A stretch of DNA of 64,000 nucleotides from Schmidtea polychroa (lineage: Eukaryota): the NCBI GenBank assembly GCA_044892525.1, contig CM097885.1, positions 12,588,001-12,652,000 on the forward strand. Direction: 5' to 3'. The notes under the pieces were generated by a model, which saw nothing but the letters and a program-made list of their open reading frames with translations, was not told the origin of the DNA and searched no databases. Both the position numbers and the translations under genes were made by a program. Each line of letters starts with the position of its first letter. Position 1 is the first letter of the stretch. This document shows positions 52,468 to 64,000 of this stretch, piece by piece.

Positions 52468-52925
52468 TTAAATAATGGCAAAAGCTATTTTAAATGAATT
52501 TAATTTATTGATTTGAATATTTAATAATTTTTAATTTCAATCGATAATCAAACATTTAATGCAATAATAAATATTATTATTAATCTCTATACAATTGAAT
52601 ATAGAAATTCAGCTTCTAAATAACCATTTCCAAGTTATGGGGTTTTCATCAATAATTTCTTTTGACATGTTAACTGAATTAGTGCTTAGGTTAGTCCATT
52701 TTGCTGAGCTAAAACAGATTTTCATAGAAATCAAGTGTTGAGCCTGCAATATATAATAAATCCGATAGGCAAGGAATGAAATAACGAAATTTGTGAGCAT
52801 GAATAGATAATGATGAGTTATTTGTTTCAGCTTTTTCTTGCCAACATCAATTATATTTAGTGAAACATTAAAATATGAAATTATTGTATATAATAATCCA
52901 AATCCAGCAAGAATGAATAGATGCT

Positions 52926-53746
52926 ATGTCATGGATAAAATTAAAGGGAGGATGGAAAATACTGTATGATGAGAGTCTAATCGAAAGTGCTCAGGAAAGC
53001 GTAGAAGATAATATTAATGTAGAAATAGATGATACGGAGGAAACAGTAAAAAATCTAGTAAATAAAACAACTATGAAACCAAGTCAAAAAGAAAGAAAGT
53101 CGACAATGTCAATAGTAATTATAGTAATAACATTGTTATTAGATCTGATAAAAGGGAATAATGCGATCATAGCGTATGACTGTCAGAATCCCAAGTGGGG
53201 ACAAAAATATTCATTGCTGGATGTAGAAAATTGTCCAGAGGCTAATCCAACAAAATTAATTGTAGCAGACCCCAAGATTTTCCATATATATCAGGAATCT
53301 GATTTCATTCACACAGAAGCAGGAGAATGTATAGTCAAATATTCAGAGGAAAGTTTTGTGCGTAACAAGGTGGCAAGAACAATATTAACCCCAACATGGG
53401 CACCAGAAGCAATAATAATAACGCCAGTTGAATGCGAAAATGCATTTAAAACAAAAAAATAAAAACGCCGGATGGATTTGAGTTAGATGCTCAGGTAGGA
53501 GCACGAGTAAGACAATTAGTAAATGTCGTGGGATGGTCATCAACAGGAGGATATTGTGAAGGAGGAAGGTATAAAATATGGGGGCATGTGGCAGACAATA
53601 TTGTAGTGAGACGGCAGTATTATATTGAATTAAGGAAATTCAAAGCGTCATTTGATAGTTCATCAAAAAAAATGATGACACATAAGTTCTGCACATTAGA
53701 TGAGACAAGCTGTGATACAGGCGAGTCAATGATCATATACAGAGTG
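52926..53746 (+). pseudogene. N-terminal half of the chuvirus-like glycoprotein (one frameshift in an A-run near 53455)
   Basis: Signal-like SIVIIVITLLLDLIKGNNA, then IIAYDC..YSLLDVENC, GYCEGG, CTLDETSC; ends IIYRV, continuing as RVNKYEC at 34415(-). Confidence 0.85.
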
Positions 53747-54002
53747 AGAAGTAAGATGTGTCACCTCCAGGACAGGTCAAGGTCTAATTTTTAAGGTCAA
53801 GGTCAAATTTTAAGGTCAAGGTCAAATTTTTTAAGGTCAAGGTCAAATTTTTTTTTAAGGTCTGATATCATTTACTGATATCATTCACACATGATTTAGT
53901 AACAGTTCATAGTGCAAATCATGTGAATTTCCGTTGATGTAATCGATTATTAACGCATAATTTCATACCACATGTTATCCCTTCAAATATTTTAATCAAT
54001 AA
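53747..54002 (+). repeat. Second terminal repeat of Polinton 1, interrupted at 54003
   Basis: AGAAGTAAGATGTGTCACC versus AGTAGTAAGATGTGTCACC; preceded by TSD AGAGTG. Confidence 0.9.
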
Positions 54003-54883
54003 TGTTGGGCCAAGCTCTGAAGGTGTTGGAAAAACGAACCCAGGAAGAGACAGAGTAAATAAAATAAAAACATATAAAAATTACGAGAAATATAGGAAGA
54101 AACAAATTAAACATCCATAAAGAGACAAGAATAACTAAATAAAATAACAAAACCTGTAAAGGGGAAATAAGACAAAAGGGAAGGCACCCAATGAGCATAA
54201 CAGTAAAAGAGAAATAAAATGGCACAAAATTTAAGAAAAACAAATGAAAATTAAAGGAAAACAAAATAAAAATAAAATCATCCATAAGGTTAATTAAAAC
54301 AAAAAATGAAGTTACAATAAAATAGCAATAAAACCACAGAAAAATAGGAGAAAAATAATAAAAAATAGGAAAATAAATAAAACAATAATAGAAATAGGTA
54401 GGGTCATTAAAATATAATATACTACGATAAGAAAAACATAAAATAATAATAAATAACAAAATTACAAGCAAGGTGTGTCCTGATTGGACGGAAAATAATA
54501 TATAAAGAGCAACCAAACTCTGTAGAGTATCATTCTAACCCGAAACTCTACAGGTAAAATTTATTTAAAAATTATCATTCTAACCCGAAACTCTACAGGA
54601 CGAAACTAGGAACCACTCACGAGCACAGACTTACGAACGATATTCATACTTGGACATAACAGATAGTACTTAGAGGCAAATAATAGTCGAGATCGAATCC
54701 AGTTGAGAAGAACCAGTCTAACTAAGGAAAAATTTGACAAAACTTTGATTTCAATCCCAACACCTTCGGAGAATTTTGGTAAATTATGTTTTGAATTTTA
54801 GTATGATAATTTTAATGTTTACTATGAATTTAATATCAAAAGACGTTTTATGTTTCAATAAAATTTATATTTAAAAACAAAAG

Positions 54884-55123
54884 ATGTTGCTTTCTCTCTA
54901 TGATGCTGGCGACGACGCCTTTTGGAGTTCGGGTATGATGCGGCTAAATTACGTGTGCATTTCAGAGAGAGCTTATGAATATGAATACCCAGAAATTGAA
55001 TTGACAGAACCAGCCAAGGATCTACATGAACTTGGGTACTATGATGATTACTTAATGAATGTAAAAATGTACGATGGCAAGAGTCATCATACCCGGAATC
55101 CAGATGGCGTGGTCGCTAGGTAA
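54884..55123 (+). CDS. 79-aa hypothetical protein in the element leader
   Basis: ATG directly after AG; higher GC than its flanks. Confidence 0.35.
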   Translation: MLLSLYDAGDDAFWSSGMMRLNYVCISERAYEYEYPEIELTEPAKDLHELGYYDDYLMNVKMYDGKSHHTRNPDGVVAR

Positions 55124-56938
55124 ACGTTTATTTATTTGATTTTTCTTTTAATTTCATTATTCCCATATTTGTTTGACAGTAATATGAATTTATTAATTGT
55201 ACATTTATTGGAGAAGGATTTGAGATAAGTCGGGTCGAGTTGTCCTTCACGACGGTCCAAGGGCAGTGGGCAGAAATGCGTACTGTCCTTGGGTGGGTTG
55301 TGAGGGGTGAGGAAACCCTGTGAGAGAAAACGAATCGAGTCAATGATCTTTCCATCGAGTGCTATCTATAAAATTAGCCGTCGAAAGCTTTCTATTGAGG
55401 AAACTTCTGAGCGATACTGTTTCGATGCCGACAACGTGCTGACCGAAAATTCTAGGAGATCGACGACATTTTTCGAGATTTAATCCGAGTTTGAGTTTGG
55501 CTATATTCAATTCAGAGCTAAGTTACTTCTTTTCGTCAGAATGTGAATATCGACTATCCTTGAGGGTAATGAAATTCTCGAACTTCACTGATAATTCTAA
55601 CGTCCATTTTCGTTTCTTGATGAATGATAAAAATCTAGAATATTCTATATTCCTAAGAATTGATAAATTAAGAGAACGTTAGCGATTAAACCCATCGCGG
55701 TGATATGTCAGTTGACGAGTAGGAGACTTAATTATCAACCTTCGATTAGCTGCTGTCATCGATAAGAATTTGCCCTGACAGAAAAGTAAATAGCAAAGTT
55801 CTAATTAATCATAGGTACTTACTACAGTCCTAAAGGAAATTATCAACGACCATTTCGAACAAATTATCGATAAATTTTCCATCTGATCGAGAAACGACTA
55901 TTGCAGGGAAGCAAGTAGCGTAGATAAAATATCCCAGCAGTTCGATTGTGGAACGACATGCGCCAAATCGATGAGACGATTAGGTTTTTTGAGAATAGTC
56001 AACATTCACGAGAGAGACAGGAGTTAAATCCATTCTTACCCGGTAACAGATTTGGGCAATCTTGAAATCATAACAATCGTTACTTCTATAAGCCGGACTC
56101 ATTATCTTCCATCCGTCTAGCCCATCTGCTAGTAATGTTATAACTGAGATAAGCAGACCCAAACCCACACACAGATAAATCCACTAATACATGGGACGTG
56201 AGTGAGTCGACATCATCATTGCGTCATAGTAGAATGTGTTAGTAGGCATGCATAAATAAGCGACGAGATCAAAGTACACTAACAGACACAATGTCTAGAA
56301 TTTGTTAAGAGAGGACAGCGATAATTGAGTAAAACGAGATAATACACATTAGCGCACATCAGGTAGAGTCTGAAACCAGTACACAACTACATACCGATAC
56401 GCGTCGTTATGACAACATGAAATGCGAAAATTTAAATAATTAAATTATAATTTATGAGGGAAATTAATACTAATAATAATTTTTAACAAATTCGTTTTAA
56501 CCTAACACAGCGCAAAAATGCATCAACAGCATGGAACTACTTCTTTTAAATTAAAGCAGGCATAACTCAATAAGCCATAAAAACCAGGGAGTAGACCCAT
56601 CTTCAATAGGTCATAATAAATAAAAGTAAAAAAATATATTAGTGGTAAGGAGTAACTTATTGCGATTAGATGATAACTGTCGACCCAGGAACCTAGGTAC
56701 AATATCAATATGGGTAGAGAAATAACGTGTGATGGTTCTCATTTTCTCTTCATTACGAACGATGTGATGAGTTGATTTGAAGGTTTACGGTTTGGATGAG
56801 TTAAGTGATGTCAAAGGTATGGATGTGGGGGACAATCCTGATTGTATGCATATGTGGTAGGATAAAGCCCACGATAAAAAGAAAATAAATAGTAGAAAGG
56901 ATTTTAATGATGTAAATAAAGGACTTCTCATTCTTTAG

Positions 56939-57700
56939 ATGACTACTCCTACAACTGCTGAGAAAACTCTTCGCCCATGTTTCTCCTGCGCGGATAAAAA
57001 TGCAGATATCGCGCAGCTCCATCTATACATCGGGGCTTTAAAGAAAAGAATCGACCTTTACGAAGGCACGTGGTTCTCCCCGCCACAAATGAAGGAGGAA
57101 CGAAAGAAAATCCTCCGGTTAGAACATTGTAGAGATAGCTTGCTGGAGGAAAGCCGATGCCAACGGCTTACAATCAAAGCCCAATCAGAAGCCCTCCACA
57201 AGGTTTATACGGAGGCAGAACTCGCCAAGCGGGTACGGGAATTTCCCGTCATAGAGAAAATGAACGTTTTCCCTCTTCATCATCAAGTATCCGAACCGAC
57301 TGCTACGAGCCGCCAAGGGCATGGATCGTGCCTACCGCCCATTCCAGCTCCAATCTTATCGGGTTCTCAACCCTTGGTAGGTAGACCTACCGAGCCCATC
57401 TTGGTTCCAATCTTGGGGGCAACCGTCGTCACCCCGCACACTGACAATCCCCCGTCGTCTCGCAAACGGAAACGGCCGACCCGAGCCGAGAAAAATCAGA
57501 AACGCCGAGATGCGATGGCTGCTCTCGAGGCGTCACTATCTGTAGCTCAATCTACCATAAGAGAAATATCCTCCAGCCATTCCATCCCATCAAAGGAAAT
57601 CTTTCGTGTAATACCTACAGAAGGCATCAAGTACATTTCTAACCCACGACTGCCGGTCGATATCGACGCAATGCTTGCGGATGGAGAACCCTTCGATTGA
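56939..57700 (+). CDS. 253-aa hypothetical protein (coiled-coil-like, Pro-rich, NLS-like RKRKRP)
   Basis: Long GC-richer ORF starting right after TTCTTTAG. Confidence 0.65.
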   Translation: MTTPTTAEKTLRPCFSCADKNADIAQLHLYIGALKKRIDLYEGTWFSPPQMKEERKKILRLEHCRDSLLEESRCQRLTIKAQSEALHKVYTEAELAKRVREFPVIEKMNVFPLHHQVSEPTATSRQGHGSCLPPIPAPILSGSQPLVGRPTEPILVPILGATVVTPHTDNPPSSRKRKRPTRAEKNQKRRDAMAALEASLSVAQSTIREISSSHSIPSKEIFRVIPTEGIKYISNPRLPVDIDAMLADGEPFD

Positions 57701-58658
57701 TCAATTCAAAGGTCCCTTGTTCTATGCATGGTCCCGAAGTGAACTTGCGTGTTTATAAATGCTGTATGTTTGCATGTAAAACAGTTCTTTATTATTCTGC
57801 GTGTAATGATTTGTTATAAGTTAATATATCTTTTATTGTTTCTGATGATTGATTTTAACAGGTGAGGTATCGAAGTTGATACGAGTGAAAAGATAATGTC
57901 GAATTAGGTGATAATACAAGGTCGTCCCCTTGGACCAGGGTCGGACCGAATTGTGTATGTAGGACTGGGTAAGACCTTCTAAGGCACCATAGAACCCGTA
58001 CCGAGAAAGGGTTAGGAGTAGTCTTAAGGCAGAGGCTCACCTGCTAACCTTTTCCAACCCGTGTGGGCAGCACCAACGTGGAACACCACCACGGGCCCAT
58101 GCGTGGGAATATGTACATGATCATTTGGTGTATGTATGGGGAGTATCTGAGCGGAGTAATGATGCAGGGTGTGTGAGATGATGATGTGTGCAATAATTTC
58201 TTTTTCCCCACATATGCCAACATGATTTTTGGGGGCTCAGCCGGGATATCTGATTTCGAATTGTTTGATTGCCTATTATTGTATTACGATGTGTTAGACT
58301 AACAATTTAATTAATTATAAAAAAAAAGGGAATCGGGACTGAAATGAATCGATATTATAGTGTATTAAGATGATGATACGAACTGTTTTTGCGTGAAATA
58401 GAACATGCTATGAACAAAAACGAACCTAAATAAGTTTGAATGAATGTGATTGAATATGAAGAGAAGAGAAAATGGGAATTGACTAATTTTGTCTAATTTT
58501 AAATGAATTAAATTAAAAAAGAATTATTAAAGATTGAATAAAATACATAAACTAGAAACAATAGCGAACAAAGCCAAACGAACATTGATTATAACACGAT
58601 AAGATTATTTTTATTTTTGTAAGTGAGACCGAGTAATGACAACCCACTTTATTTAGAT

Positions 58659-59138
58659 ATGTCAGGAGCCCGACAACACCTACAACGACTAAGCCGGTTC
58701 GTCGACATAGAAAACGATTCCATAAAGACGTTAAGAGAAAAACTGCAACAAATAGAAACCCTAGAGCAACAACGCCACAACGCACCGCTGATATCCAAAC
58801 AAAACTTTCTAACCGACAGATTGGGATCAACAAATACCGACACCGACTTGTCTATCCATTACCAATGGATGCAGCAACGACTCAACGACCCCGCTCTGAA
58901 CCTCGAATATGTGAGAATACGCGAACAAGTAAAAACTCTATCTCAGAGAATACGAACCTCGATAATAGAAAAAGCAGCGGCCTTGAGAACTTGTAGCATT
59001 TGTAAGACGCGACCTGCCAGAATTCTAATTCTACCTTGTGGACACCTTAGCCATTGCGACGAATGCGCCGTCAGTTTAACGCATTGTTCTTTATGTGTAT
59101 GTGCAATAAAGGAGAAGCACACGATTTACTTCAGTTAA
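58659..59138 (+). CDS. Coiled-coil protein with a C-terminal IAP/MDM2-type RING finger, no BIR domain
   Basis: CSICKTRPARILILPCGHLSHCDECAVSLTHCSLCVCAIKEKHTIYFS*. Confidence 0.85.
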   Translation: MSGARQHLQRLSRFVDIENDSIKTLREKLQQIETLEQQRHNAPLISKQNFLTDRLGSTNTDTDLSIHYQWMQQRLNDPALNLEYVRIREQVKTLSQRIRTSIIEKAAALRTCSICKTRPARILILPCGHLSHCDECAVSLTHCSLCVCAIKEKHTIYFS

Positions 59139-59809
59139 CACGCGATCAGCACTCGGTGAAAGAATTGATCTGATTGACGATTTGACTAAATCCTTTATGT
59201 TTAATTGATGTATCAACAATTTTCTAGTAAATTTGTATATTGCATGTGACTTAAGCCAACTAATGAATAGAATGTTTTGCGTGTTCATTTTATTGTGAAT
59301 TCAGTAACTTTATGATAATTTTCACCATAGAGAGAGAGCATCTATAAATTTAATTTGAACAAATAAAATAAAGTGGAGCTAGTCCCAACATAGGATTAAA
59401 GGGGGAATAAACCGAGCCACCTTCGGGAGGTACGATACACGAAAACCGGTTGGGAAGGGATAACCGATCACCCCGAGTAAGAGATGTAAGGCGAGGTACC
59501 ATCGCGAATATTGAAAAGTTTCTGCGGTATGACTGATCACCATACCAATGTAGAAATGGATCAATGCGATCGTTTTGCGTTTTGAGCAAGGGGGGAAAGG
59601 GGAAACATTCTCAAGCGGCACAGATTAGATCGACAAATAAAAAGTAAAAATAAAAGGAGAGATGACAGTCTAGAATAAAGGTAAAGAAAAGATAGAAGCA
59701 TGCAGAGTCGAAGATATTAAGGCCGAGCTGTCGAGAAGTCCAGCCGGTCAGGAAAAAGAAAAAAAAAAAAAATTAAAAACTGAGCTGTGAAAAGTCCAGC
59801 CAGTTTGGA

Positions 59810-60443
59810 GAGGAAGAAGATTGAGCTGTTGAATAGTGCCAGCCAGTCGTAAGATCGAGTTGTCGAATAGTCCAACCGGTCAGAAGGAAGAAGATTGAGC
59901 TGTTGAATAGTGCCAGCCAGTCGTAAGATCGAGTTGTCGAATAGTCCAACCGGTCAGAAGGAAGAAGATTGAGCTGTTGAATAGTGCCAGCCAGTCGTAA
60001 GATCGAGTTGTCGAATAGTCCAACCGGTCAGAAGGAAGAAGATTGAGCTGTTGAATAGTGCCAGCCAGTCGTAAGATCGAGTTGTCGAATAGTCCAACCG
60101 GTCAGAAGGAAGAAGATTGAGCTGTTGAATAGTGCCAGCCAGTCGTAAGATCGAGTTGTCGAATAGTCCAACCGGTCAGAAGGAAGAAGATTGAGCTGTT
60201 GAATAATGCCAGCCAGTCGTAAGATCGAGTTGTCGAATAGTCCAACCGGTCAGAAGGAAGAAGATTGAGCTGTTGAATAGTGCCAGCCAGTCGTAAGATC
60301 GAGTTGTCGAATAGTCCAACCGGTCAGAAGGAAGAAGATTGAGCTGTTGAATAGTGCCAGCCAGTCGTAAGATCGAGTTGTCGAATAGTCCAACCGGTCA
60401 GAAGGAAGAAGATTGAGCTGTTGAAAAGTGCCAGCCAGTCGTA
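59810..60443. repeat. 74-bp tandem repeat, ~8.5 near-identical copies
   Basis: TTGAGCTG recurs at 59821, 59895 ... 60413; the unit consists of two diverged half-units. Confidence 0.97.
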
Positions 60444-61393
60444 AAGGCCTAGAAAATGATTGGATAATATTTAAGTTGATAATGAGATAGAATATTAAGC
60501 TAGCTAGAAACGAATTGAATTGGGATACGAGAAGTCGAATTTAGAAAGGATTAAACGAGCTCGTAGAAGATGAAAGTAAAACCCTTTTAGTAGAAAAGGA
60601 GAATCAGAAAAGGAAAATGAATTGAGGAGATAGTAAAAGTAGAGAATAAGTGGGAATAAATGACGAGTAAAAAGGAAGGTAATTAATTAATTAAAGGGGA
60701 TCCCAAGTAAGTAGAGAAAAGTCTACAGAATTTTGGTTTAAACCGGATAAACGAATCCGATTTTTTTTTTGGTTCAGAGTAGAACCGAGTAAAGGGGAAC
60801 AGAGACGAAAGATTAAGTAAAATAGCGGAACCGCGTAAAAGGATTAAGAGAATATGGGGGGTGATAAGCAGTAACTGACAACGACCTATCGATATTATAA
60901 ATGATAATTATAGATGATTCATACGACCATATAGATAATTATTACTACCCTAAATAGATAATTTAAAATCGACGAAAACTATGGGTTGATGGGTAACTAT
61001 AATCCACGAGGAATTGTATGGGGAAATAAAGAGAAGCATAACAGAGGCCCTAAACGGTGTCTGTGTTTGAATGTTGAAGAAAGAATGATGAAGTCATGTG
61101 AGCAGATGCAACACGAGATCATTTTTTCATTTTAGACACCAAACCAATCCAGTCAATCAAGCCAATCCAGAACCTGCACAAAGGAATTCGAAGAAATCAA
61201 CGACCAACTAGAAATAACCAATCCAGAACCCGCTCAGTAGGAGTAACACAACCCGAAGATTCCAAGAACGGAAGACGTCTCATAACACTAACAACCAATT
61301 GCCAAGGACTCGGAACACCGACAAAACCGAATTCGCTCAAGTCAGCAGCCGATAATTGCCGAGAAATCCATAAGAGACGATAAGGAGGCGTAA

Positions 61394-64000
61394 GAAGAAA
61401 TCACGGAGAAACTAAATCTTAGATCTTCAAGTAAGTCAAGAGACGTATTAATTTCAGGAGACGAACTAGAACAGCTCAGAAGAGGACGATCCATAAAACA
61501 GCAAAGAGGAAGATCACAAGGAGCAAAAAGAACAAATCAAGTACCAACATTTGACCAAGAAAACCTCGGATACACCCCTAGTCGATCTAGAAGCAGAGAA
61601 AGCCTATCCGATATAACAAACAACCTAACCGGGTCAACCGAAGAATTATCCGTCCATAATTTAGCGACATCGCTGGAAAATTTAAAAGAAACAATAGAGT
61701 TACAAGAACCAGTCATGATGAATGTGGTAAAAACCGACGAGTATAAAGAAAAATTTAGAGGCGAACCGTTTAACGGGAATGCGAACAAGTTGCTTCGAAT
61801 GAGCGATTGGAGAACCATAAATTTGATCCACAAATATGGAGGATTAAAAGAAACGCAACCGCAGAAATTAGAAATAACCATATGGTTACCAAACGAGAAG
61901 AAACGACGAATAACGATGAGTAATCAGAGTACGGTGGATGACTTAGTAACCAAGATAAACCAAGAGATAACGGAAAAGGTACGAAGCGAGAGTAGTGATG
62001 GTATGATAGATGACGTAGTCATGATGTACGACAAAATAATATTACGGGCTGAAGGCGACACCTCGTTAAGTGAAATGGGAATGTGGGATAATCATCAAAT
62101 CATCAGAATATTGCCCATGGACGAATTCCGAACAAGAGATATAACATACCAGAAAGAAATACGAGACAGGATGAAAACGCTATACCAAAAATCAGTAGAG
62201 ATAATTGAAATTCATCAACAGTGGCTAAAAGAAAAAGAGCTTCAAGGAAAAATAAAGAAACTGAGTACTAGATCCTGCAGACGAACCCCATGGGAAAGGA
62301 TGTGGAATGCGGAAAACAAAGAATGGGAAATCAGGAAAGGGATTTTCGTAGAAACAGACATTGGTGAGACAGAAAGTGAATCAGAAGAAGAGGAAGATGA
62401 ACCTCCAAAATACGAAGAGGACGAAATAGAATCGATATCGGATGACGAAAGCGAAACGGATGTTACGTCAGAAAGTGAAACGGAAACCAGACATATTCAT
62501 GCGATGAGAAAGAAAGAACGCGAATATGCTGATATGGACAGCGAAGAAGCGATGGAAGCTCGAGAACGAGAAGAGAAGGAAAGATATAAACAATTAGGTG
62601 ATATCTTAGCAACGGGAGCAAAAAATCAAAAACGACAAGTAATAGCATTGGCTAACATCATCCTAAAGACATCAGAGAATATCCACAATCTAAGAGAAAT
62701 GGCGAAAGCGATTGAGGAATACCGACAATATAACGAATGGTACCCAGAACAGCTAGAACAAATTATTAGGAAATGGAGAAACCAAGAATGGGCACAAGAT
62801 ACCCAGGAAAGGTATCGTATCCGAGTCAAGTATCCCGACAAAAGCATTGAGGATACAGAAGTACATCCAACAACAAAGATCAGAGAGTTAAAAAAGAAAT
62901 TAGCATACGAAACTCCATTTCACCTACAACTATTCGGAAAATCGTTGGATGATAATGCAGATGTCGGAATAACACCCATGAGATTGGGGGAGATCAATGT
63001 ATTGACAATGGCAGAAACATTGGGAAAACCGATTAAAAGGAAGAGCAAATCCAGTAAACCTACGAAAGGTAGCTTGAGTACACCAAGCCCTAACAAAGTG
63101 GCGAGTAAATCAAACGAAACCGAGGAGATCGAGGAGATCATATTGGAAGACAGCGATGAAGGAGCTGGGGAAAGATCACCAATTCTGGTAAGATGGCCGA
63201 CAGGGGCCGAAATATGGACAACAAGCCAACCATCAACTAGCTATCAACAACCAAATAAGCTGAACATAGAGGAAATTGTCGATAATACGACAGAAACCGA
63301 AACTGACGAACAATTTCAACGACAAAAAGGACCAACGAAAGCAATACCAGAAGGTCAAACGGACAAAATAATAGACGAATGGAATGAGTGGCTGAGAAAC
63401 AACGCTAGCTCATTGCCAAGAACAGATAACGAGAGAAACCCGAATTATGAAACGACAAGAGAAGCCGGAACAATGATGGAGAAACGGGCAAAAGGAAGAC
63501 CCAAGAAGCAAGGAGAAAAACCAGAATTTAAAACCAGAGAACAGTTGAAACAGGAACAAGGACAAGTCAGATTAGAGAAATTGGATAAAATAGTATGGGA
63601 CCTAAAAGAGGCCCAGCCAACAATCGAAAGAGGCGAAAAATGGATACGAGAGCTAGTAAAAGATATGCTAATAATAACGAACCCACAATTGCGACGGTTA
63701 TGGCAACGAAAAGTAGCAAGCGTAGATGCCAGACAGCTATGGAATACAATATCCGGAATAATTCCGAAATTAATCAAAGAGAAGACAAAAACCACTAAAA
63801 CCGATTGGGAAGAGACAAGAAGAGTAATTGAACAATTAACTTTAAACGCAAACGACGACGAACATCATTTAGTAGTATTAACGTATCTAATGTACAATTT
63901 GATGGGATTAGCAGCAAGGAAAATACCTAACAAACAATTCGCAAATCATGTAGAAATGACCGTTACAATCATTGAAAATACAATCGAACCACATATTATC
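61394..64000 (+). CDS. Long open frame (869 codons to the window end; first ATG 61715), probable polyprotein N-terminus with two ubiquitin-like domains; absent from the ORF track
   Basis: Manual translation shows no stop from 61394 to 64000; Ubl-like segments at ~61865-62118 and ~62810-63010; acidic tract; KGRPKK. Confidence 0.85.

Larger units (their letters stand above)
54003..64000 (+). mobile_element. Probable 5' part of a giant LTR retroelement (Burro-like)
   Basis: Begins TGTTGG exactly where the Polinton TIR is cut; higher GC, several small ORFs, a minisatellite, then a long purine-rich ORF; no gag/pol motifs within the window. Confidence 0.6.

Noticed and set aside
53992..54516. 174-aa hydrophobic ORF resembling a membrane protein
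   Set aside because: Arises from the A-rich plus strand at the element start; no recognisable motif.
59810..60443. CRISPR-like regular array
   Set aside because: Whole units are identical with no unique spacers; eukaryotic context and no cas genes.
61537..63795. Several minus-strand ORFs in the track
   Set aside because: Antisense shadows of the long plus-strand frame from 61394.

Overview
Very AT-rich, intron-containing eukaryotic DNA with long (AAT)n tracts. Composition and element content suggest a planarian flatworm (inference). Host genes: an apparently intact 8-exon BCKDHA (3020-15348, +), a spliced RING/zf/MATH TRAF gene (24846-26312, -), and relics of a second BCKDHA-like gene and of PHF14. 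Most of the rest is nested mobile DNA: Tc1, pogo/Tigger, hAT and Merlin-type elements, a Penelope element, two tandem minimal hammerhead ribozymes and a decayed Polinton polymerase. From 28.9 kb onward there is a virus-like cluster. (i) A Ty3/Gypsy element has a chuvirus-type glycoprotein in frame upstream of protease-RT, plus an ISG20/REX4-like gene. (ii) A Polinton is inserted into that glycoprotein gene (6-bp TSD AGAGTG) and joined to a second, diverged, oppositely oriented Polinton; both carry a TATA-binding-protein-like gene. (iii) The probable 5' part of a giant LTR-type element carries an IAP-type RING ORF and an open frame of at least 869 codons with two ubiquitin-like domains. One inversion explains the present layout. 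All protein assignments are by eye from motifs; no searches were run.
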